DNA of 64,000 nt from Bacillota bacterium (GCA_009773495.1 WSXW01000008.1:64050-128049), one strand, 5' to 3'. Shown: positions 19,917 through 30,002, counted from the first letter of the stretch. Program-made: numbers and translations. Notes: generated by a model from the sequence alone, not told the origin.

Positions 19917-20954
19917 ATGAGCATTAAGCTTTCTATTTGTATTCCTACTTACAACAGGTCGTCTTTTCTTACGTTTGCAGTAAATACAATAGGGCCGCAA
20001 TTGACAGACGGTGTTGAGATAGTGATTTCCGATAACGCTTCGTCTGATGACACTCAGGCTGTGGTCGGGGAACTGATGCAGCGATGGCCGGCGATCAGGT
20101 ATGTAAGGCAGGATCAAAATGTTGGCCTTGACCGTAATCTGCTTTATCTTGTAGAACAGGCCAGAGGCGAGTATTGCTGGTTTGTCAGTGATGACGATGG
20201 TTTTTGTGAGGGTGCTATCAGCACAATGCTTGGCGCTCTAGGCGATGGTTGTGATGTCTATATTTGCGGGACTAAAGGGCATTCCAGAGAAATGGCGTAT
20301 ATAGAAGACGACTTCCCTTTAAACGGCGATGGCAAGACTTTTGATCTTTCTGACCGGCGCCAGATGCTTGATTTTCTCAAATCTGCCAGAAGGCCTCCAT
20401 TTTCTTTCATTAGTGTGCTGTGTTTCAAGCGAGAAAAGTGGCTGTCGGTTCTGGACAAAAATGCTATGGTCGGGACTGTGTTTAATCATGTTTATTGTGT
20501 ATTTGCCATGGTTCAGAGCGGTCTTCTATTAAGATATGTCAATAAACCTTTGGTTATATTCAGAGCCGGCAACTGTGGATTTGGCAAAACTGGAATGGTC
20601 GAAAGATTTCTTGCTGATATAGGGGCATATATTCAAGTTGCAGAAAGATGTTTTGCACAAAAAAAAGATGTTCAAGAACTTCTCGTTTCCTTAGTTGCCC
20701 GTCAACATCCCATTTATAAATTGGCGTTTATGTTTTACCTTGCTAACTCCAAGCAAAAAGCACGGCTTAAGCAGGTTGTTAAGCGTGTTTATGGAAAGCG
20801 TGTGTATTACAGTAGCAGGTTTATGTCGCAGTTAGGCTCATTCTGGGTTATAATGTATTTTATAAGACAATGCGTTGTGTTGAAAAATGATGTTGAATTT
20901 GTTGAACTCTGGCGATCAGTTCGCGGCACTGCAAATAATCAAGGGTGGCATTGA
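19917..20954 (+). CDS. Glycosyltransferase family 2 (possibly a 3,6-dideoxyhexosyl transferase, RfbV-like)
   Basis: LSICIPTYNR, ISDNASSD, NVGLDRN, YCWFVSDDD; the specificity is inferred from context. Confidence 0.8.
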   Translation: MSIKLSICIPTYNRSSFLTFAVNTIGPQLTDGVEIVISDNASSDDTQAVVGELMQRWPAIRYVRQDQNVGLDRNLLYLVEQARGEYCWFVSDDDGFCEGAISTMLGALGDGCDVYICGTKGHSREMAYIEDDFPLNGDGKTFDLSDRRQMLDFLKSARRPPFSFISVLCFKREKWLSVLDKNAMVGTVFNHVYCVFAMVQSGLLLRYVNKPLVIFRAGNCGFGKTGMVERFLADIGAYIQVAERCFAQKKDVQELLVSLVARQHPIYKLAFMFYLANSKQKARLKQVVKRVYGKRVYYSSRFMSQLGSFWVIMYFIRQCVVLKNDVEFVELWRSVRGTANNQGWH

Positions 20955-20978
20955 ACATAAAGAAAGAGGATAGGCAAT

Positions 20979-22367
20979 ATGGAGATTACATTAATTGGAT
21001 TTATTTTAATGCCTTTTGGTGTCCTGTTGTTTTTATTTAAACCGGGCTGGCTATTTTATTCATTTATATTTTTTATACCGTTTTTTGCCACTGCTGTCCT
21101 TAATGTGCAGAGCATTTCCTTTGGCGTTACTCCCGCACATTTTTTTGCCTTGCTCTGGGTTACAAGAAGGATTATTGATAATTTAACGGGGAAAGCTTTT
21201 TATCTCCATAAGAAAAGCAACGTTGTCCTTGGCTCATTGCTGTTGTTTCTGTTTGTTATTTCTCTGTCCCTGATAATGCCGGTTGTAATCGCAGGCGAAA
21301 CAGAGGTTTATAAAGGTAATCCTTTAATGCTTGCTCCTGTTGCTCATGAATTTACTTTTAGCAATGTTTCCGTATTTTTGTTTCTGGCGTTTGCTGTTCT
21401 GATGACGATATTTGTTTCTTTGGAAATAAATAGTCCAGAAAAATTTAAACGCTCCATAAAAGTCTTTTTAATATCAGCATTTACAGTAAGCATCTGGGGT
21501 TTCTTGCAATTGCTGACTCACTATGCCGGCCTACCTTATCCTGCTTTTCTGTTTAACAACAGCATCAGCGATGCTATTGTGTCAGGACCGATTGCTGAAG
21601 CGGAAGGAGCATCAAGGATCTTTTCCGTTACTCCGGAGCCCTCGGTGTTTGCCCGTTACTTGCTGGCGGGTTTACCTTTGGCTTTAATTCTGATGATAAA
21701 AAAGATAAAGGTTTTTAGCAGCGCTTTTATTTTACCTTGTTTTGTTTTTGCTTATATCTTGGCATTAATCCTCACCGTTTCTACCTCGGCCTACTTTGGT
21801 CTGGGTTTTATGGCCATAGCAGCATTTTTCTTTTTAAGAAGATATAAGGATTTAAGCCCTTTTTTAAGAATAGCTGCGATGTTTCTATTGGCTTTAGGGG
21901 CGGTTGTTTCTGTTAATCCGGAGATGTTTGATAATACTTTGCAAATGACTGTTTTTAAAGCACTGACTTTTTCAGGAATGGAAAGAATCTTTGCTTTCCA
22001 GGAGGCGTTAGGACTGTTTTCAGCATATCCTTTGCTTGGCGTTGGCTGGGGCAGCAATGCTTCATTTGACCTGATAAGTTATCTATTAGCAAATAGCGGC
22101 CTATTTGGCGCTCTTTGTTTTGCTTTGTTTGTGTTGTCAGCCTATAAGCACTTTCGTTGGTTACAAAAAAATAACAATATAGGATTTGAAACCAAAGCAT
22201 ATACAGACGGCATAGGTTTGAGTTTATTGACAGGTATATTTTTAAACTTAACAGGAGGACTTGACTTAGTGTTCTTACATCTTTGGTTTTTATTGGGGTT
22301 GATGCTTTCTTTGTCTAAAATTATAAGTCTGCAAACTACTAAAGATAGAGGTTACAATGAAATATAA
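20979..22367 (+). CDS. Wzy-like O-antigen polymerase / ligase-family membrane protein
   Basis: About 11-12 hydrophobic segments, RIFSVTPEPS, YPLLGVGWG; AT-rich. Confidence 0.75.
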   Translation: MEITLIGFILMPFGVLLFLFKPGWLFYSFIFFIPFFATAVLNVQSISFGVTPAHFFALLWVTRRIIDNLTGKAFYLHKKSNVVLGSLLLFLFVISLSLIMPVVIAGETEVYKGNPLMLAPVAHEFTFSNVSVFLFLAFAVLMTIFVSLEINSPEKFKRSIKVFLISAFTVSIWGFLQLLTHYAGLPYPAFLFNNSISDAIVSGPIAEAEGASRIFSVTPEPSVFARYLLAGLPLALILMIKKIKVFSSAFILPCFVFAYILALILTVSTSAYFGLGFMAIAAFFFLRRYKDLSPFLRIAAMFLLALGAVVSVNPEMFDNTLQMTVFKALTFSGMERIFAFQEALGLFSAYPLLGVGWGSNASFDLISYLLANSGLFGALCFALFVLSAYKHFRWLQKNNNIGFETKAYTDGIGLSLLTGIFLNLTGGLDLVFLHLWFLLGLMLSLSKIISLQTTKDRGYNEI

Positions 22368-23376
22368 GGTTGTTCTCATAACCGGGTCATATCCGCCTGA
22401 TACCTGTGGAGTAGGTGATTATACCGCATCACTTGTGGCCGCCTTGCAAAAATGTGGGACCAATGTTGAAGTTCTGCACAATCATAAATGGCATCTATCC
22501 TGTTTAAATCAGATTATTAAACATTTAAATTCTCTCAAACCTGATATTGTGCATATTCAATATCCAACAGTAGGTTATGGAAATAGTTTAACACCCCATA
22601 TATTAAGCCTTTTTAAAAACAAGGTAATTACGATACATGAAATCAGCCAAGCACATATTCTGCGCAGATTGTCGTTGTATTTTTTTTCCATGCGATCGGA
22701 ACACTTAATATTCACCAATCAGTTTGAACTTGATTATGCAAAAAGATGGGCGCCATGGATATCAAGACGCGCAAGTGTTATACCCGTTGGAAGCAGTATA
22801 CCAGCCGGTCACGCATCTAAACGAGATATTAAAGATATTATTTACTTTGGCTTGATAGGTCCCAAAAAAGGTCTCGATGATTTTTTGAGCCTAGCTACAT
22901 TAATTAAAAAGGAAAATCTGAATCTGCAGCTTCGCATCATAGGCTTGCCAAATCCAAAGTGGCCTGACTATCTTGAGTACATTTATAAGAAAGCCGGCAA
23001 TCTGCCTATATCACTGGAAATCGGTTTGCCAGAAAGAGATGTTGCTCAGTTACTATCACGTGCACAAATTGCTTATATGCCATTTCCTGACGGAGCGTCC
23101 GAGCGTCGGACATCATTAATGGCACTTTTGATTAATGGTGTAGCGACTATTACGACTTATGGGAAGCACACCCCTGAGAATTTTAAGAAGGCAGTTGCTT
23201 TTGCCCAATCTCCGGAGGATGCACTGGCGATAATTAAAAAACTCACTACTGATGCCCAGGAACGAGAAACCTTATCTATTAATGGAAAGCGGTGTGCTGA
23301 AAGTTATAGTTGGGATAATATTGCTCAGAAGCATATACAAATTTACGAAATATTTTTCTCGAAAAGTCTGAGATGA
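22357..23376 (+). CDS. Glycosyltransferase family 4
   Basis: YPPDTCGVGDYT, HIQYP, PFPDGASERRTSL. Confidence 0.85.
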   Translation: MKYKVVLITGSYPPDTCGVGDYTASLVAALQKCGTNVEVLHNHKWHLSCLNQIIKHLNSLKPDIVHIQYPTVGYGNSLTPHILSLFKNKVITIHEISQAHILRRLSLYFFSMRSEHLIFTNQFELDYAKRWAPWISRRASVIPVGSSIPAGHASKRDIKDIIYFGLIGPKKGLDDFLSLATLIKKENLNLQLRIIGLPNPKWPDYLEYIYKKAGNLPISLEIGLPERDVAQLLSRAQIAYMPFPDGASERRTSLMALLINGVATITTYGKHTPENFKKAVAFAQSPEDALAIIKKLTTDAQERETLSINGKRCAESYSWDNIAQKHIQIYEIFFSKSLR

Positions 23377-23411
23377 TTCATAATTAACATGTGAAAGGAT
23401 AGTCATAATAT

Positions 23412-24536
23412 ATGAAAGTTCTTCAGATATCCAAACTATATTTCCCTCATATCGGCGGCGTGGAGAAGGTTGTGCAGGACATCGCTGAAGGCTTGGCGAA
23501 TAAAGTCGATATGAATGCCCTTGTTTGTCAACCAAAAGGGAAAGGAAAAAGGGAAATTACTAATGGCATCAGGGTTATACGAGCAGGCAGCTTTGGAATT
23601 TATTTTTCTATGCCTGTTTCTTTAAGCTTTCCGTTCATATTAAAAAAAATAGGCAAAGAATTTGACATATTACATTTTCATATGCCGTTTCCTTTAGCCG
23701 ATTTATCTTATTTGTGGGCAAAGCCACAAGGGAAGGTCGTTGTTTGGTGGCATAGCGATATTGTGAAGCAAAGGAATTTGTTGAGAGTCTATAAGCCATT
23801 CATGATGCGATTCTTAAATAAAGCGCACAAAATCATTGTTGCTACACCTCGGCATATAGAAAGCTCCCCTTTCTTAAAAAATTTCAGAGATAAATGCGTA
23901 GTAATCCCTTTCGGAATAGATTTAACCCGATTCAGATTGAACGATAAGAACAGAGAAAAAATCATGAGTATTGGTGATATGTATGGCTCAAAAATAATCT
24001 TATTTGTTGGAAGGCTTATTTACTATAAGGGCGTGGAGTACCTTGTTGAGGCAATGAAGAAAGTTGACGCCAAATTGCTATTAGTTGGTGAGGGGCATTT
24101 AAAAGAGAGTTTAATCAACTTAGCAGATAAGATTGGGATTAGAGACAAGATTGTTTTTATAGGCAGGATTGATGACGAAGACCTCATTCATTATTATCAT
24201 GCCTGCAGTGTTTTTGTACTGCCTTCTATTGCCAACAGTGAGGCATTTGGGATTGTTCAGCTTGAAGCAATGGCATGTGGAAAGCCTGTAGTAAACACTG
24301 AGCTTCCTACCGGTGTTCCGTGGGTTAGTGTTCATGGAGAAACTGGTATCACGGTTCCTCCAAGAGACTCATCGGCATTGGCTGACGCTCTAAACGTTTT
24401 GCTCAACGATGCAGATTTGTGTGAGAAATATGGCCAAAATGCCCGAAAAAGAGTGGAAGAAGAATTTACGATGGAATTGATGATGGATAGAATTTTATCA
24501 GTTTATAAGCAGGTGACAGATAATAAAACTAAGTGA
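23412..24536 (+). CDS. Glycosyltransferase family 4 (probable GDP-sugar, mannosyl/rhamnosyl transferase)
   Basis: GGVE, FVGRLIYYKG, EAFGIVQLEAMACGKPV (Ex7E). Confidence 0.88.
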   Translation: MKVLQISKLYFPHIGGVEKVVQDIAEGLANKVDMNALVCQPKGKGKREITNGIRVIRAGSFGIYFSMPVSLSFPFILKKIGKEFDILHFHMPFPLADLSYLWAKPQGKVVVWWHSDIVKQRNLLRVYKPFMMRFLNKAHKIIVATPRHIESSPFLKNFRDKCVVIPFGIDLTRFRLNDKNREKIMSIGDMYGSKIILFVGRLIYYKGVEYLVEAMKKVDAKLLLVGEGHLKESLINLADKIGIRDKIVFIGRIDDEDLIHYYHACSVFVLPSIANSEAFGIVQLEAMACGKPVVNTELPTGVPWVSVHGETGITVPPRDSSALADALNVLLNDADLCEKYGQNARKRVEEEFTMELMMDRILSVYKQVTDNKTK

Positions 24537-24547
24537 GGTGTTATATC

Positions 24548-25606
24548 ATGAAAAAGGCATTAATCACAGGCATCAGGGGTCAGGACGGAGCATATCTGGC
24601 TCAATTATTGCTTGAGAAGGGCTGCGAGGTTTACGGTGCTGACAGAAGAAGCGGGGATTCTGGCAACTGGAGATTGAAGGAACTTGGCATCGAAAAAGAT
24701 GTAAAGATTGTTTACATGGATTTATTAGAGCTTACTAATATTATGCGGGTAATTGAAAAAATAAAGCCGGATGAGGTCTATAACCTTGCAGCTCAGAGCT
24801 TTGTGCAGACAGCCTTTGAACAGCCGATCCTCACATCCGATATTGATGCAATCGGGGTTTTAAGACTCCTTGAGACAATAAGGACAATAAAACCTGACGC
24901 TAAATTTTATCAGGCTTCTTCAAGCGAAATGTTTGGAAGGGTTCAGGAAACACCTCAAACTGAAAAAACACCATTTTATCCAAGAAGTCCTTATGGAGTA
25001 TCTAAGCTTTTCGGGCATTGGATAACCGTCAATTACAGAGAATCTTATAATATGTTTGCATGTTCTGGAATTTTATTTAATCACGAGTCCCCATTAAGAG
25101 GCTTAGAGTTTGTAACGAGAAAGATTACATATGGTATAGCAAGGATAAAATATGGTCTTCGTGACAAAATTGTTCTTGGCAATTTAGATTCTAAAAGGGA
25201 CTGGGGATTTGCAAAGGAATATGTAGAAGGAATGTGGCTGATGCTACAGCAGGAAGGGCCAGATGATTATGTTTTAGCAACGAACGAAGCGCACAGTGTA
25301 AAAGAGTTTGTTGAGAATGCCTTCAAAGCTGCTGAATACAGTATTGCATGGGAAGGTGAAGGCGTAAATACAAAATGTATAGATAAAAAAACAGGAAAGA
25401 TTTTAGTAGAGATTTCACCTGAATTTTACAGACCAGCAGAGGTGGATATACTAATCGGCGACCCATCAAAGGCAAAAGAAAAGCTCGGTTGGAAGCCTGT
25501 AACTAAATTTGCGGATTTAGTAGGAATTATGGTTGAGGCTGACTTGGAAAAAGTTGGTATGGAAAAAAGGACAGGCTATTTTAATGAAACTGGTGGGAAT
25601 AGATAG
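24548..25606 (+). CDS. gmd: GDP-mannose 4,6-dehydratase
   Basis: ITGIRGQDG, YNLAAQSFV, YQASSSEMFG, GILFNHESP, RDWG. Confidence 0.95.
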   Translation: MKKALITGIRGQDGAYLAQLLLEKGCEVYGADRRSGDSGNWRLKELGIEKDVKIVYMDLLELTNIMRVIEKIKPDEVYNLAAQSFVQTAFEQPILTSDIDAIGVLRLLETIRTIKPDAKFYQASSSEMFGRVQETPQTEKTPFYPRSPYGVSKLFGHWITVNYRESYNMFACSGILFNHESPLRGLEFVTRKITYGIARIKYGLRDKIVLGNLDSKRDWGFAKEYVEGMWLMLQQEGPDDYVLATNEAHSVKEFVENAFKAAEYSIAWEGEGVNTKCIDKKTGKILVEISPEFYRPAEVDILIGDPSKAKEKLGWKPVTKFADLVGIMVEADLEKVGMEKRTGYFNETGGNR

Positions 25607-25700
25607 GGATTGCACAGTCCGGCCGGGGGAAGCGCACTCCTAGGCTTAGTGCGGAGGGCGGTAATGAAACGAAGGCTGGCAGCAAGTTAGGAGGCAAAAA

Positions 25701-27146
25701 ATGACGATCATAGCCGTGATCATGGCCGGTGGGCGGGGAGAACGCCTGTGGCCGAAGAGTACAGCCAACAGGCCTAAACAATTCCAGAGCTTTGCAGGGG
25801 GGAAAACTCTCCTGCAGGAAGCGGCTGAGCGTATCAGCCACTTGGTGCCTTGGAGCCAAGTCTACGTTGTTACCGGGCGGCAGTACTCGGCAACGGTTTA
25901 CAGCCAGCTCCCTAGCGTCCCAAAGGAAAATGTAATCTTGGAGCCAGTAGGTCGTGATACCGCTCCTTGCATCGGTTATGCCGCGCTTCACGTAGAAAAG
26001 AAGTTTCCTGGGGCTACGATGTTAGTCTTGCCCGCCGACCACTATGTTGGTGATGACGAAGAATTTGTAGATATCCTCAAAGCAGCCACAGAAGCGGCCC
26101 AAAGGGATCACGCCCTTGTCACCGTAGGGCTTAAGCCCACTCGACCGGAAACAGGTTACGGATATATTCAAGTGGGTCTGGAGACATGCCGTTTTGGACA
26201 TCGACTGCTGCATCGGGTTAGCCGCTTTGTCGAGAAGCCGCCTTTCGAACGGGCAGTGCGGCTGTACCAGGACGGGCAACACCTTTGGAATAGTGGGATG
26301 TTTATCTGGCGTGTGGAGGTGATCCGTTCAGCGATTGCCCTGTACCTGCCGGAACTTCACCAAGGGCTTGAGGAGATTAAAGTTGCAGTCGGTACACCAG
26401 CTGAACAGGCTGTGGTGGAACAGCTCTTTCCCCGTTTGCCCAAGGTCTCTATCGACTTCGGGGTAATGGAGAAGGCGGACCGGGTGCTTGTGGTTCCGGC
26501 ATCGTTCCCCTGGGACGATCTAGGCAACTGGGTCGCCCTTGACCGCGCCTCTTCCCGGGGTGATGCTGGCAATAACCTGTCGGGCCAAGTCGGCACCATT
26601 GATACCCATAACTCTATCATCCATGATGACGACGGAATTACTGTGACGGTCGGTGTTAAGGATTTAATTATTGTGCGTTCGGGTGGGTCTCTGCTGGTCT
26701 GTGACAAGGCTCGGGCGCAGGATGTGAAGAAGGCTGCGGCCTTGGCCGACGAACTGGGAGGAGACCCAGACTACCCGGTGGACTACCGGATAGTCGAGAA
26801 ACCATGGGGCCGGGAAATTTGGTGGGGCGTCACCGAGGCCTACGTTGGCAAGATTCTGGAGGTCAGGGCCGGGCACAGCCTCAGCCTCCAATACCATCGC
26901 CAGAAGCTGGAGACTATGTTTTTTCAGAAGGGCCGAGGTACGCTCATCCTTGACGAAAAGGAGCTGACGATTCAGCCAGGGATGGCGGTGACGATCCGGC
27001 CCGGGACTGTACACAAGATTGTTGCCGAGAGCGATCTTACCATCCTAGAGGTATCGACTACGGAGCTGGATGATGTGGTGAGGTTGCAGGATACGTATGG
27101 ACGGGCGCAGACCGAAGTGCCGGTAACGCCCGAACCGCAAAAATAA
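25701..27146 (+). CDS. manC: Mannose-1-phosphate guanylyltransferase with a C-terminal cupin domain
   Basis: MAGGRGERLWP, PKQF, EPVGRDTA, PETGYGYI, WNSGMF, SIDFGVME; cupin KPWG..LSLQYH. Confidence 0.9.
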   Translation: MTIIAVIMAGGRGERLWPKSTANRPKQFQSFAGGKTLLQEAAERISHLVPWSQVYVVTGRQYSATVYSQLPSVPKENVILEPVGRDTAPCIGYAALHVEKKFPGATMLVLPADHYVGDDEEFVDILKAATEAAQRDHALVTVGLKPTRPETGYGYIQVGLETCRFGHRLLHRVSRFVEKPPFERAVRLYQDGQHLWNSGMFIWRVEVIRSAIALYLPELHQGLEEIKVAVGTPAEQAVVEQLFPRLPKVSIDFGVMEKADRVLVVPASFPWDDLGNWVALDRASSRGDAGNNLSGQVGTIDTHNSIIHDDDGITVTVGVKDLIIVRSGGSLLVCDKARAQDVKKAAALADELGGDPDYPVDYRIVEKPWGREIWWGVTEAYVGKILEVRAGHSLSLQYHRQKLETMFFQKGRGTLILDEKELTIQPGMAVTIRPGTVHKIVAESDLTILEVSTTELDDVVRLQDTYGRAQTEVPVTPEPQK

Positions 27147-27157
27147 GCAGTGAAGCA

Positions 27158-27184
27158 AAGCGGTGGGGACGGAGCCTATTGCTT
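27158..27184. repeat. Dispersed hairpin repeat with a GACGGAG loop
   Basis: AAGCGGTGGG-GACGGAG-CCTATTGCTT; second copy at 41381-41407. Confidence 0.6.
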
Positions 27185-27285
27185 TCAGGGCGGTCGCTAA
27201 TCTGTTATATGAAATGCAGTTCGTTTTAGCCTAACAAGCATTTATAACATACATGTTCAATTATGATATTCCTCAAATACTTTCA

Positions 27286-28533
27286 TCAAGCAGTCTCCAT
27301 TTTCACGTTTGGCAAGACGAGAAGAGCAACAAGAAAAGCACACACGATACCAGCAGCTCCCACAATAAATACTAGTCTATGCGATTGTAGCCATAAGAAT
27401 CCGACCAAAATTGGTACAAGAGTCGCATTTATCCCGTCAATAGATGAAAGCAAACCCAAGACAAACTGAGCGTTGCTTTCAGGGAAACAATCAAAGAAAT
27501 ATGAGAATGATATAGGGGCAAATACATCCTTTAATCCAGTAATAAGATAAGCTATAACAAAGAATACAGTGCTGCCCGTGAACGCAAAAGTCAAGGCAGG
27601 TATTAAGTCTATGAAAATATCAATAAGATATATCAGTTTCCTACTCCTCATATCAAAGAAGTACCCCAGTACCAGGCCCAAGATAGCGTTCACAATCGTT
27701 GTAAATCCCACCAAAGTCAACAGTCTTGAAACGTCAAATCCAAGCTGAAGGCCGAGTAACGGTAAGAAACGTACCGAGATGTTATAAATAGAGGTAAAAA
27801 CGTTTATGAGAACAAACGCCCAGAATACTCTCTTCTTCAAAACAGCACTCAGTGTAAGCTCATCGCTTCCATTTTTCTTAACGTCATCTGACATAGTCTT
27901 GTCTGAATGAGTAGCATTATTATTTTCAGTTATCTGATCGGATAAAATGCTCTTTGTTCTCATAATAAAAATGACTAAGCAAGTTAGAACGAAGAGGGAA
28001 GAAAAAATGAAGTACAACTTCAAAATACTAAATCTCGTAGTCAAGAATCCACCAGCTAATAGACCAACCGAAATAGCACCAAAAAGAAAAAAATCACGCA
28101 GTGCAAAATATTTGCTCCGATTCCCACTTTCTATTACTGTGTTAATTTTATTTCCTATTGAGTAATTAAAGATTACCCTTGATAGTAAGATCATATAACA
28201 AAACACAAAAACAAGCCAAGCAGGTAGCAAATCCAAACGTAGCATTATCGCACCTAAGAATCCTATGAGTGAACCTAATGTTCCAAGTGCATATGCGCCG
28301 AACTTTTTTATTGAAAGGTAAGCAATTATCGTAGGAGCAAAAATAAAAGTAAATGAAACGATTGATAAAAAGATCCCGTAGGTCGCTTCAGACAATCCGT
28401 GATAGGCAATAACTAGAGGAACTGCTTTTTCGAGAGGCCCGCTTGCTAGGAAGAATAGCGCATACAACAAAAAGAAGTACTTATATCTTTTGCCTGCAAA
28501 TACTTTGTATGAATTTATGAAGTTTGTTAACAC
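27286..28533 (-). CDS. MFS transporter
   Basis: About 12 hydrophobic segments in two halves with a central hydrophilic loop; markedly AT-rich. Confidence 0.8.
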   Translation of the reverse strand: MLTNFINSYKVFAGKRYKYFFLLYALFFLASGPLEKAVPLVIAYHGLSEATYGIFLSIVSFTFIFAPTIIAYLSIKKFGAYALGTLGSLIGFLGAIMLRLDLLPAWLVFVFCYMILLSRVIFNYSIGNKINTVIESGNRSKYFALRDFFLFGAISVGLLAGGFLTTRFSILKLYFIFSSLFVLTCLVIFIMRTKSILSDQITENNNATHSDKTMSDDVKKNGSDELTLSAVLKKRVFWAFVLINVFTSIYNISVRFLPLLGLQLGFDVSRLLTLVGFTTIVNAILGLVLGYFFDMRSRKLIYLIDIFIDLIPALTFAFTGSTVFFVIAYLITGLKDVFAPISFSYFFDCFPESNAQFVLGLLSSIDGINATLVPILVGFLWLQSHRLVFIVGAAGIVCAFLVALLVLPNVKMETA

Positions 28534-28560
28534 ATTTCCCCCTGCCTTTTTTACAGTATA

Positions 28561-28653
28561 TTACAATAGCTCGTCAAAGTTTCTGTTCTGTGCTCTGGCA
28601 ATGTTCCTGAGCCTAGCTCTAACAGAGGCTGCCATATTCTTGGGGTTGTTCAT
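28561..28653 (-). pseudogene. Truncated AbiEii/AbiGii nucleotidyltransferase toxin (30 aa)
   Basis: MNNPKNMAASVRARLRNIARAQNRNFDELL*; ATGA overlap with the antitoxin stop. Confidence 0.75.
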
Positions 28654-29252
28654 AATAGCACCTCGAAGTAGGTTTTTACTGGGCCGTAAATACGCATCTT
28701 CTTAGCATATTCAGTGAGGAGCTTGATGTTTATCTGTGGTTTGCCAACGTAATTGCCCAGAATCTCCTTCACTAGATCGAGTCCTATCCTATTTCTATGA
28801 ACAATCGCGTCGCAGACGGTTTTCTCAAGGTCGTATACCATGACCACTGAGTTTCCTTCTTGAGCGGATGTAATACCCGTGTTGTAGCGCACATCATTAT
28901 ATTTCACGACCTTGATTTTGGGATAGGGTGGAAGGGATGGTATTCGCATATGTCGAGGGACTGCAAGGGTATGTTGCTTCGGAATATAGGTGCTGAGCTC
29001 CCAATAAGCAAACGCTGAGTAGAGGCAGAAGACACCGGCTGGGACAATCTGAGCTACTTCTGCCATTTCGCTATATTCGATACTGCTTTCTACCCATCGA
29101 TAGAGGCCTCGCTTAATACGTTGTATTTCACCATCAATGATTAGATTACTTATGTCATAGTCGCTAAGTCCGCATTCTTTGAGAGCGCTGGTGGGCAAAT
29201 GAACTATTTTATTCCTAAGGGCTCTGATTGCACGTAGTTTCTCGTCGTTCAC
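28650..29252 (-). CDS. Type IV toxin-antitoxin AbiEi-family antitoxin
   Basis: N-terminal wHTH with IKRGLYR; GVFCLYSA; YDLEKTVCD..RNRIG; L..YAKKMRI. Confidence 0.85.
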   Translation of the reverse strand: MNDEKLRAIRALRNKIVHLPTSALKECGLSDYDISNLIIDGEIQRIKRGLYRWVESSIEYSEMAEVAQIVPAGVFCLYSAFAYWELSTYIPKQHTLAVPRHMRIPSLPPYPKIKVVKYNDVRYNTGITSAQEGNSVVMVYDLEKTVCDAIVHRNRIGLDLVKEILGNYVGKPQINIKLLTEYAKKMRIYGPVKTYFEVLL

Positions 29253-29587
29253 TAGCCATCTTTCCTTTCTATTGATACGGTCATTATATCCGTCAATCTG
29301 CGGTCAGGCAATACAGTCAGCATTTGGCCACTTTGGGGGAGCGGAAACAATCAATGACCGCTGTGATCGAGAATTAAGGTGTCAAACAAGGTGTCAAGCT
29401 CTCTTCCAAAAACGTCGGCGGCACGGATGCTATTGACAGCTATCCACTCTATATGGCGATGTTTCTATAGGTCAGAGGCGTATGGTCATGTAGCACGAGG
29501 TTTCTGGGCGTGTACAACCTTGACTAAGCGTGCCCACGGATGTTAGTGTAAAGGTAATAATTGGTGAGCCCGAGAGGAGGAAAGTCG

Positions 29588-29901
29588 ATGAGATTACGTG
29601 AGTTGCTCACCGTGGCGAGGACTCCTTTCGCAACGATGAGCTTATCTAGGTGTATGTAGTCCACAACCTGCAAATATTGGGCGAGGCAGCATACAAGCTC
29701 CCCTTGGAATACAAGGAGGCTAATCCAGACATACCGTGGCATAGTTTGGTGGGTATGCGGCACATCTTGGTACACAATTATTTCCATGTTGACCTAGATA
29801 TTGTTTGGGCTGTGGTAACCAACGAACTACCAAGCCTAAAGGCTCAGGTCCAACGTTTGCTTAATCATTTGAAGAGCAGACTGGCAGACGTGTCTCAGTA
29901 A
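29588..29901 (+). pseudogene. HepT-like (DUF86/HEPN) RNase toxin, decayed
   Basis: FRNDELI*VYVVHNLQILGEAA..IPW...GMRHILVHNYF (Rx4H); in-frame TAG at 29647-29649; degraded 5' end. Confidence 0.8.
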
Positions 29902-29973
29902 GTTTGTGGGAGAAGGCAAATGGCAACCTACACTGCAAGCCTGTGCGCGTGGGAATGTATCTGACATAATAGT

Positions 29974-30002
29974 GACAACCCCGACAAAATGTCGGGGTTG
30001 TC
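29974..30002. repeat. Perfect 13-bp inverted repeat (hairpin or operator)
   Basis: GACAACCCCGACA-AAA-TGTCGGGGTTGTC. Confidence 0.6.

Noticed and set aside
27204..27260. Integron attC-like ends (GTTATATG ... GCCTAAC) beside the AT-rich MFS gene
   Set aside because: No complete attC fold could be built and there is no integron integrase; short motifs like these can occur by chance
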